Shown here in pieces: positions 1 to 6,840 of a stretch of 40,655 bases of DNA; position 1 is the stretch's first letter; every line of letters begins with the position of its first letter. The position numbers were made by a program, and so were the translations under genes. Source of the stretch: an uncultured bacterium (GTDB lineage: Bacteria > AUK180); NCBI GenBank assembly GCA_937863565.1, contig CALMGJ010000005.1:1-40655 (forward strand). Reading direction: 5' to 3'. The notes under the pieces are model-generated. The model saw only the letters and a list, made by a program, of their open reading frames with translations, was not told where the DNA came from and did not search any database.

Positions 1-228
1 CAACTTCCTCTTTAACAGGTTCTTCTTTAACGGGTTCTTCTTTGACCGGTTCCTCGACAACTTCCTCTTTAACAGGTTCTTCTTTAACGGGTTCTTCCTT
101 GACCGGTTCCTCGACGACCTCTTCCTTAACGGGCTCTTCCTTTACCGGCTCCTCAACGAGCTCTTCTTTAACAGGCTCTTCTTTAACGGGTTCTTCCTTG
201 ACCGGTTCCTCGACGACTTCCTCGACCG
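1..228 (-). repeat. Coding tandem repeat with a 15-nt unit (EEPVK) and a 57-nt higher-order unit (EEVVEEPVKEEPVKEEPVK)
   Basis: Positions 1-57 and 58-114 are near-identical, 115-156 is a 42-nt variant and 157-213 is another 57-nt copy. Variation is mostly at third codon positions of the minus-strand frame. Confidence 0.95.
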
Positions 229-817
229 GCTGCGGTTCGGGTGCCGATTTGATCGGATCCATCTTGAGTTCCATTCGAACTGCGTTAACCAATGCCAACG
301 GTGCATAAAAATCATCGGAATAGATGGAGTTGTACATCACAGTAGCTTCATCGTACTTCTCTACAGCAAATAGTTCCTCCGCAAGTTCGAAAAGCCTGTT
401 ACGCATACGGTCTTTCGAGATGAGCGCCACATTCTCGGGCTGGGACGGAATATCGGCCTTGCCCAGGATAATGTCCACATTCTGTCCGTTGATCTGAAGA
501 TTGACATATTCTGCATGTGTGATCAGTATGCCCACTTCCTGAACGGATGTTCCGAGCATCTGGAAAACAGAGATCTTCTTGATCTTTTCTCCGTCCCCTT
601 CAAACTCCTTGGGTGCAGAGATCGTTGCGTCCTTTATTACGATCATGGAGATATCCTTAAGGGGAAAACAATCCGCGCTTAGTGTTTCAGAACTGTCTAC
701 GATGACAAGGCCATTGGCGCCTTTCATCTGGAAGTCGACTTTATTTATTACATTAACGGCTGATATAGCCGTGAAAGCTAAAATAAAGGCCAAAAGAAGG
801 GTTTTTTTAATTTTCAT
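1..817 (-). CDS. Exported T4P-locus protein (3' partial): signal peptide, beta-rich (AMIN-like?) N-domain, TPR-like helices, then EEPVK repeat linker
   Basis: Not in the ORF track because it runs off the window. Manual translation from ATG at 817 gives MKIKKTLLLAFILAFTAISAVNVINKVDF...RLFELAEELFAVEKYDEATVMYNSI...APEPQPVEEVVEEPVKEEPVKEEPVK..., open to position 1. It starts 2 nt after the pilP stop. Confidence 0.85.
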   Translation of the reverse strand, partial: MKIKKTLLLAFILAFTAISAVNVINKVDFQMKGANGLVIVDSSETLSADCFPLKDISMIVIKDATISAPKEFEGDGEKIKKISVFQMLGTSVQEVGILITHAEYVNLQINGQNVDIILGKADIPSQPENVALISKDRMRNRLFELAEELFAVEKYDEATVMYNSIYSDDFYAPLALVNAVRMELKMDPIKSAPEPQPVEEVVEEPVKEEPVKEEPVKEELVEEPVKEEPVKEEVVEEPVKEEPVKEEPVKEEVVEEPVKEEPVKEEPVKEEV

Positions 818-819
818 TA

Positions 820-1266
820 TTATTCCCCCAAAGAAAGAGTCTTTTTGGAGATATAATAATCCTTTTGTATCTCCATGATGACCTTTTTCTCTTTTATATC
901 TAAGGAGACGATCTTAGCCTCTCCGAGGAAATCTCCTTCGCTGAGATAATACGAATTGCCGGTCTCGTCCTCGACTATCGCTTTTACATGCTTTTTATTG
1001 TCCTGGAAGAAACCCACAAGGCGGACCTTGTCTATATTGATCTTCGATTCTATCGTTAAAAGTGGTTTGAACGGATCCCTCCTGTTCTTGGCTTCATAAA
1101 CGTATTTGCTTTCATTTTCGATAGAAGAGGCCCCTGTATCGGGAGCCGTCTGCACCACCTGCTTTTTCGTCACAGGTACAGGCGTGTTCTGTGCGGGGGC
1201 TTCGGTTTTCTTCGCACAGCCCGCGATCAGCGCGGCGACCATTATTAATAATATCGCTTTTCTCAT
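820..1266 (-). CDS. pilP: Type IV pilus lipoprotein PilP-like
   Basis: Lipobox LIAG-C, low-complexity linker, YxxxxRRDPFKP motif and a C-terminal beta domain (LVG...AIVED..G.SYYL.EGD.LG); follows pilO. Confidence 0.8.
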   Translation of the reverse strand: MRKAILLIMVAALIAGCAKKTEAPAQNTPVPVTKKQVVQTAPDTGASSIENESKYVYEAKNRRDPFKPLLTIESKINIDKVRLVGFFQDNKKHVKAIVEDETGNSYYLSEGDFLGEAKIVSLDIKEKKVIMEIQKDYYISKKTLSLGE

Positions 1267-1844
1267 TTTGCGCCTCCTTTTCCAGGCGCGGCCGGTTTCT
1301 TTGCCGGGCCTTTTGATTCATTGTAGATGTATGTCGTCAGTGTGAATGTTGCAAGCTCGAAATCGTTCTTGCCGAGCGACATGGACAGGTTGTCTATATT
1401 GAGGATGCGGTTGAGATTGCCTATCTTATTGAAGAAAGTGGCGATCTGGTGAAAACTGCCGATTATCTTCATCGTGTAGGGTTTCTCCGAATATATTTCT
1501 CTCGGGACCTGATTCCCGGGGATGAAAGACTCTATGGAGATATTGCTTTCCATCGTTCCAAGCTTATAAACATCCTCGACGATCTTTGTTAATTCTTCAG
1601 TGGAAGGCAGTTTCTCGCGTGCATATTTCAGCGAGAGTTCGAGATCTTCGATTTCCTGAGAGAGTTGTACTATCCTCTGTTTATGTTCTTCGGCTGTTTG
1701 GATCTTCTCATCCAGTTCCGCGATCGCAACATCGAGTTCTTTGATCTGCGCGATCTTACCCTGATAGGAAAGGAAATAGAAGCCCAATACCATCGCGGCG
1801 GCAATGGCCGCCATGACAACTATGTTCCTGACTTTCTTATTCAT
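1263..1844 (-). CDS. pilO: Type IV pilus assembly protein PilO
   Basis: N-terminal TM helix, coiled coil, KLPSTEE and GSFHQIATFFNKIGNLNRILNI motifs typical of PilO. Confidence 0.9.
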   Translation of the reverse strand: MNKKVRNIVVMAAIAAAMVLGFYFLSYQGKIAQIKELDVAIAELDEKIQTAEEHKQRIVQLSQEIEDLELSLKYAREKLPSTEELTKIVEDVYKLGTMESNISIESFIPGNQVPREIYSEKPYTMKIIGSFHQIATFFNKIGNLNRILNIDNLSMSLGKNDFELATFTLTTYIYNESKGPAKKPAAPGKGGAK

Positions 1845-3096
1845 TGATCGCCTCCTGAATTACAGGCGTGACCAGGATAAGTATCTCTATTTTGCTCTTA
1901 TCCCTGTCCTTTGTCCTGAAAAGCGAGCCTATTATAGGGATATCCATAAGTATCGGAATGCCGGATTTTCCTTCGCTGTCTTCCATCTTCACAAGACCTC
2001 CGATCACAGCGGTCTCTTTGTTCTTCAGCATTACTTGCGTGTCGACCTCGTTCGTGTCTATGAGGACACCCGAGGAGACCTGGCCGGCTATTGACGATAC
2101 TTCAGGATGAATGTTGAGGATAATGCTGTTGTCCGCTGTTATCTGCGGTGTAACTTTTATCTGCGTGCCCACATAGGTCAGCTGCGTCGTGATCTCACCG
2201 CTCTCATTTACCATTCTCAGCGGTATCTTGTTGCCGATATTGATCGTGGCCGGTTCATTGTTCATGGCCAGGATCTGCGGATGGCTTCTCACTTCCGCCT
2301 TATTCTTCGATGCCAGCATATTGATGACGGCATCGAGCTCAATAGTGTTCTTGACGATGCCCACATGAAGAAGTCCTGCGCCGGTAGCCGGAGAATAGGA
2401 ATTGGTGCCGGTATATGACCCGCCCGTCACGGCAGGATCCCCTGTTACGCCCGCTTTCCAGTAGAATTCGATATGCTCCATATCGCTATGGCTCAACTGG
2501 ATGAACTTCACTTTTATCAGGACTTGTTTCGTGGGTATATCGATCGATTGGACGAACTTATAGATGACATTGAACTTCGAAGGGACATCGGTGATTATAA
2601 GTTTTTTCGTTCTCTCATCCGATGCTATGCTTCCGCGGGCAGAAAGAATCTTTGCGATATTCGATTTCAATGCCGATAAATCCGCATAATTGATCCTTAT
2701 AACCCTTGTCTCCAACGGCTCGATCTCCGAATTCGCCTTCTCGATATCTTCAAGTTGTTTGCGGTATTTCTGGATATTGGATTGAGTATCGATCCTGTAG
2801 ATATTCCCCATCACTTCATAATCGAGAGAATTGCTTTTCAGTATCTTCGAGAAAAGCGTATTTATGTTCACGTCTATGAAACGGCCTGTAAAATAACCGC
2901 TCACATCCGTGGAAAAGATGAGGTCTATCTTCTTCTGGCCGGCAATCGCTTTCAAAAGGTCGATAACGGGATAATTCATCACGTCCACAGTAGCGTAGAT
3001 CACCTTTCCTTTCTTTTTGAACTTGATAATGTTCTCGGCATTGATCGAGACGCAAAGAAGCATCAGGACTAATGCGATTATTATTGTTCTTTTCAT
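1837..3096 (-). CDS. pilQ: Short secretin (PilQ/GspD family: N0-N3-secretin, no AMIN domains)
   Basis: Signal peptide, N3-type LSARGSIASDERTKKLIITD, QVLIKVKF, and the secretin signature GIPILMDIPIIGSLFR...EILILVTP. Confidence 0.9.
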   Translation of the reverse strand: MKRTIIIALVLMLLCVSINAENIIKFKKKGKVIYATVDVMNYPVIDLLKAIAGQKKIDLIFSTDVSGYFTGRFIDVNINTLFSKILKSNSLDYEVMGNIYRIDTQSNIQKYRKQLEDIEKANSEIEPLETRVIRINYADLSALKSNIAKILSARGSIASDERTKKLIITDVPSKFNVIYKFVQSIDIPTKQVLIKVKFIQLSHSDMEHIEFYWKAGVTGDPAVTGGSYTGTNSYSPATGAGLLHVGIVKNTIELDAVINMLASKNKAEVRSHPQILAMNNEPATINIGNKIPLRMVNESGEITTQLTYVGTQIKVTPQITADNSIILNIHPEVSSIAGQVSSGVLIDTNEVDTQVMLKNKETAVIGGLVKMEDSEGKSGIPILMDIPIIGSLFRTKDRDKSKIEILILVTPVIQEAINE

Positions 3097-3650
3097 TTTT
3101 TCACCTCGCCCGCCTTAAGGGTTATTGTAAGACTGAATTTCTGGATCGGTTGGGCGAACTGCGGGACCTTCCCGGAATTGATGGATTTAAGAGTAATGCT
3201 CTCCACGAAATCCGTCTGGTCTTTCAGCGCCTTGATGAACTCGTTGACATAAAGAAGCGTAAGTCCTGTGCCCGAAAGGTCGATAGAATTTTCTCTGCCG
3301 CTGAAAGAATTGATCCATACCTGATCGGGAATGATGTCGCAAAGAACATCTACTATCTTCACCCATTTCTGTCTGCTCTGATCGAGCTTATTGATGATCT
3401 CCATCTTTTTCGCCAGGCCGGACCGTTTGCCCTCGAGTTCTTTGATCTGATTCAGAAGCCCCTGGTTCTTCTGGACAATGGCTTCCTTCTCGGCCTTAAT
3501 ATTCGTTTTGTTCTTGATCTGATTTGAAAGGGCGATGCTCGCGATAAGAACTATGACTAAAAGGATAATGAATTCGAACGCCCAGTAGAAATAGTCAACC
3601 TCAAACTTCACCACCCTTTTCTTGGGAGGTATGAAATTGATATTAAGCAT
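3093..3650 (-). CDS. pilN: Type IV pilus assembly protein PilN
   Basis: N-terminal INFIP (INLLP-like PilM-binding motif), TM helix, coiled coil, IPDQVWI. Confidence 0.9.
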   Translation of the reverse strand: MLNINFIPPKKRVVKFEVDYFYWAFEFIILLVIVLIASIALSNQIKNKTNIKAEKEAIVQKNQGLLNQIKELEGKRSGLAKKMEIINKLDQSRQKWVKIVDVLCDIIPDQVWINSFSGRENSIDLSGTGLTLLYVNEFIKALKDQTDFVESITLKSINSGKVPQFAQPIQKFSLTITLKAGEVKK

Positions 3651-3659
3651 ATCAGACTC

Positions 3660-4829
3660 CTATAAACATCTAAGAGCGAGGCCGGCGGCCGTCGCGAACA
3701 GAGGCAGCTTGCCTGCCATCTCTTTCATCTTGGCATCGTTGCGGGCCACCATCTGGAAGAACGGATTGATCATCTCGACTTTGAGTTTCATGTCGGACCC
3801 GCCTTTGATCTTCGTCATCACGAATTCCAGAAGGAAGGGGAAGAAAGAACCTCCGCCTGAAAAGGAGATCTTGCGCAGATTCTCTTTTGGTATCTCCATT
3901 GAGATGAGGGCATCCTCGATCTCCTTCACCAACTGGTTCGTCTGTCCGTAAAAATAATTCTTGTAATATTTGTTGAGAACCTCATCCTTGATCGCGGATT
4001 TCTCTTTCTCGTCCAGGCTTTTTGCGAAAAGTTCGAATTTCCTGGATATGGCATCCGCGTCTCCCAGGCCTTCATTATTCTTGATCGTGTCGATTACGAA
4101 ACGGTCGGAGAAATTGAAGGTGCCTCTGAAGTACACGGGGAAATTGTTCTTCACGCCGACTATATTGAAATTATTGAACCCGATATCGACGAGTATGTAG
4201 TTCTTCTCTTCATTGTTCAGGGAAGCCAGCTCCGGGTCCCGGCTGTTTATATACTCGAAAATATTGGCAAGAGCGAAAGGAACGCCGTCGATCACGGTAA
4301 GCTTATAGCCCGCCTTTGCAGTCACATCTGTGTAGAAATCCAAAGCTTCTTTCTTGGCCGCAGCTATGAGCACCGTCGAGGGAAGGTCGCCCTCTGCTTT
4401 CTTCAGGATCTCATGGGAGGTTCTGATGACATCGCCCTGATAGTTGGCAAACTGCTCTTTCATCGCGACCTGAACAGCTGAATTGAATTCATTGGATTCG
4501 GGTGCACCCATGGCCGAGACGATGCGGTTGACCAAGTACCTTGAATTGATCGCCGTGATCACGTTCTTTCCGGCGCCGGTTTTATGCAAAACATCTTTAA
4601 CGATCAGAGACACCTTGTCCTTGAACTCCTCATTTATCTGAGCGTTCTCTTTCTTGGCGGCATCTGCGGAGATCTTATCCTCAATGTTCTCGGGCAATTC
4701 AGCGATATTGAAATCGGCGACCTGTATCTGTGTGCCTATCTTTTTCAGCGAAACTGCCTTGACATATTTGGATCCGATATCGAGCGCAACATTAGGTTTA
4801 TCAGGATTCAAAATTCCGTCTAAAAACAT
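3660..4829 (-). CDS. pilM: Type IV pilus assembly actin-like protein PilM
   Basis: ALDIGSKYVKAV, LVDIG, FSGGGS and C-terminal AAGLALR. ATG at 4829 follows a GGAGG RBS; 4841 is an alternative start. Confidence 0.9.
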   Translation of the reverse strand: MFLDGILNPDKPNVALDIGSKYVKAVSLKKIGTQIQVADFNIAELPENIEDKISADAAKKENAQINEEFKDKVSLIVKDVLHKTGAGKNVITAINSRYLVNRIVSAMGAPESNEFNSAVQVAMKEQFANYQGDVIRTSHEILKKAEGDLPSTVLIAAAKKEALDFYTDVTAKAGYKLTVIDGVPFALANIFEYINSRDPELASLNNEEKNYILVDIGFNNFNIVGVKNNFPVYFRGTFNFSDRFVIDTIKNNEGLGDADAISRKFELFAKSLDEKEKSAIKDEVLNKYYKNYFYGQTNQLVKEIEDALISMEIPKENLRKISFSGGGSFFPFLLEFVMTKIKGGSDMKLKVEMINPFFQMVARNDAKMKEMAGKLPLFATAAGLALRCL

Positions 4830-4848
4830 ACCTACCTCCATTAATTGA

Positions 4849-4877
4849 ATTGTACCAAAAAAAAACTAAAAAGTCAA
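4849..4877 (-). promoter_or_regulatory. Sigma70-type promoter of the pilMNQOP operon
   Basis: TTGACT-17 nt-TACAAT on the minus strand just upstream of pilM. Confidence 0.75.
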
Positions 4878-4900
4878 CATTTAACTGCTTTTTCCATCGT

Positions 4901-5677
4901 TCAATTTATGATGAGGAAGAATCCCGGGATCACCCTCTTCAGGATATCCTCAAAAATGAAGATGACGAGGAATGATAAAATGATGAACGGACCAAATGGA
5001 ACATACCTCTTTTTTTTCAATGCCAGTACGGCTAATCCCGTTAACGCGCCGGTTGAAGTCGCGATAAGAACGAACACGAAAATGGACCGCATTCCAAGAA
5101 AGGCCGCAAGGAGCGCGGCGAGGAGAACGTCTCCCGAACCGAAAGCTTCTTTCCTGTAGATGAGCTTGGCGATAAAGAAAACCGCGCCGAAAAAAACTAA
5201 AAGCGAGATGCCGGAGAGAATATTGTCCAGCGGTATCTTCCTCTCCATTAGGAACCGCCGAAGAAGATCGATGAACAGAACAACGGATAAAAAGATCAGC
5301 TCGCCGTCGTAGATGTACATGGTCTTGATATCGATCACTGCAATGGAAATAAGGACCGGTATGGCAGCAAGAAATACGAAAAATCCCGGGGAAAAGCCAA
5401 GAACCGCAAAGGCGGTCACTGTTATCGCGGCCGTTAATAATTCGATAGCAGGATATAAAGGCGATATCTTTTCCTTGCAGGAACGGCAGCGTCCGCCGAG
5501 GAAAATATATGAAAGAACAGGGATATTATCATAGAACTTGATCGGCCGGTCGCATGCCGGACAGAAGGAATTCGGGAATATTATTGAGCGTTTTTCCGGG
5601 ATCCTGTAGATGAGAACATTCGTGAAACTCCCTAGGAAAAGTCCGATCAGGATGAAGTAGATATACCACGCAAGCAT
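4901..5677 (-). CDS. pilD: Prepilin peptidase/N-methyltransferase (A24)
   Basis: GSFTNVLIYRIP, CPAC...CRSC zinc motifs, catalytic Asp motifs (IDIKTMYI, FGSGD), VPFGPFI and multiple TM helices. Confidence 0.95.
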   Translation of the reverse strand: MLAWYIYFILIGLFLGSFTNVLIYRIPEKRSIIFPNSFCPACDRPIKFYDNIPVLSYIFLGGRCRSCKEKISPLYPAIELLTAAITVTAFAVLGFSPGFFVFLAAIPVLISIAVIDIKTMYIYDGELIFLSVVLFIDLLRRFLMERKIPLDNILSGISLLVFFGAVFFIAKLIYRKEAFGSGDVLLAALLAAFLGMRSIFVFVLIATSTGALTGLAVLALKKKRYVPFGPFIILSFLVIFIFEDILKRVIPGFFLIIN

Positions 5678-5680
5678 CTT

Positions 5681-5708
5681 AAAAAAAAACGGGGAGCAAA
5701 GCTCCCCG
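5681..5708 (-). terminator. Intrinsic terminator after the pilin gene
   Basis: Minus strand CGGGGAGC-TTT-GCTCCCCG followed by T9. Confidence 0.9.
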
Positions 5709-5736
5709 AAAAAATATTAAATGATCCGAAGGGAAA

Positions 5737-6171
5737 TTATTTCCCTGCGGGATCGGTGACAATACCTACTTCTGCCTGGAAATAGAGCGAGGTCAGCGTC
5801 TGCGTCGGGTTCCAGAAATGCTTCGTGGCATCCGGGCAAGTGAGTGTGTAAACACCAGTACCGCTGTCATAATCATACGTGTATTCTGCAGTAGGGCTGC
5901 AAGGGCAATGTACGCCTGCCTTCGTGTATCCGTTCGTCATCAGAACGCCGCCGTCAGCGGCAACAGATGCACCGGCCGTAGGATAGATGTCCTGATTGTC
6001 ATTGGCATACATGTCCAGTGCCGTAGCTACCGATTTGAGGTTGGCCTTGCAGGATGAAAGCTGTGCTTTCTTCTTGGTGTAGACCATGTTCGGGATAGCG
6101 ATAGCGGCAAGGATACCGATGATCGCGACGACTATCATGAGCTCGATAAGGGTAAAACCTTTTCTCTTCAT
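5737..6171 (-). CDS. pilA: Type IV major pilin with a class III signal peptide
   Basis: MKRKG|FTLIELMIVVAIIGILAAIAIP, strong RBS AGGAGGTG, and its own consensus promoter and terminator. Confidence 0.85.
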   Translation of the reverse strand: MKRKGFTLIELMIVVAIIGILAAIAIPNMVYTKKKAQLSSCKANLKSVATALDMYANDNQDIYPTAGASVAADGGVLMTNGYTKAGVHCPCSPTAEYTYDYDSGTGVYTLTCPDATKHFWNPTQTLTSLYFQAEVGIVTDPAGK

Positions 6172-6201
6172 ACAAATCACCTCCTGGTGTTTTTCTGAGT
6201 T

Positions 6202-6230
6202 ATTATAATGTTATTCATGATAATTGTCAA
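6202..6230 (-). promoter_or_regulatory. Perfect consensus sigma70 promoter of the pilin gene
   Basis: TTGACA (6230-6225)-17 nt-TATAAT (6207-6202). Confidence 0.85.
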
Positions 6231-6335
6231 GTTTTTTCTCAGATTTTTTATCAATATGTAAAATATTTTATTATCGTGGACAATTCCCGTACAGAACTGG
6301 TTGTCTATCTCCCTTTATATTGGGATTGGATATTT

Positions 6336-6352
6336 TTGGCATAAAGATTGCT
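6336..6352 (+). promoter_or_regulatory. Sigma54 (-24/-12) promoter
   Basis: TTGGCATAAAGATTGCT fits TGGCA..TTGCW with exact GG-N10-GC spacing. Confidence 0.6.
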
Positions 6353-6363
6353 TATTATTTTTC

Positions 6364-6831
6364 ATGAATATTACGCACGAGAAAAAGACTTACGATCTCA
6401 AGATCGAATATGCCGGCGGGACCGTGACCGTGAACTACATGGGCCTTCCCGCCGCAATACGCGGTGACGAGAATATCGTTCTGAAGAACCTCTCGGAAAG
6501 AGGGGGGGCCAGAGTATTTTTAAACGGCACGGAGGCCGCACAGGATTTTTCATATAAACTCCTATCCTTCATAGTCATAAGGCTTGCTTCGGACGATGCC
6601 TTCTTTGAGGCCTTCTCTGACCTATGCCGGAGATCAGGCATAAACACGGACCTTTCCATCGGCACTCCGGCAGGAGAACCGGACGCCGATATCGGCATAG
6701 TGTTCAGATTTATACCTCTTGAAAGGCTCGAGAAGACCAGAGGACCTGTGCTTGAGATATTCGTCCGGGATTCTTTCATTAAAGATTTTCTAAAAAAGAA
6801 TTCTTCCTTCAGTATTCAGGAACTTGATTAA
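6364..6831 (+). CDS. Hypothetical cytoplasmic protein (155 aa)
   Basis: Fills the gap between the pilA promoter and the convergent TPR gene. ATG at 6364 is preferred to the upstream TTG; no motif recognised. Confidence 0.65.
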   Translation: MNITHEKKTYDLKIEYAGGTVTVNYMGLPAAIRGDENIVLKNLSERGGARVFLNGTEAAQDFSYKLLSFIVIRLASDDAFFEAFSDLCRRSGINTDLSIGTPAGEPDADIGIVFRFIPLERLEKTRGPVLEIFVRDSFIKDFLKKNSSFSIQELD

Positions 6832-6840
6832 AACCTGCTG

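Noticed and set aside
1-228. 57-nt periodic repeats as a possible CRISPR array
   Set aside because: The units are contiguous with no unique spacers, are multiples of 3 and vary at synonymous positions; no cas genes are present.
42-308. Plus-strand Ser/Thr/Gly-rich ORF (TGSSL repeats)
   Set aside because: It is the antisense shadow of the EEPVK repeat; the minus frame has a signal peptide and operon context.
1837-6171. Type II secretion system instead of type IV pilus
   Set aside because: Separate PilM, PilN, PilO and a lipoprotein PilP, plus a strongly expressed stand-alone pilin, fit T4aP better. A T2SS-like or competence role cannot be fully excluded.
6301-6363. TTG-started N-terminal extension of the orphan ORF
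   Set aside because: It overlaps the predicted sigma54 promoter and AT-rich regulatory DNA; ATG 6364 is more plausible.
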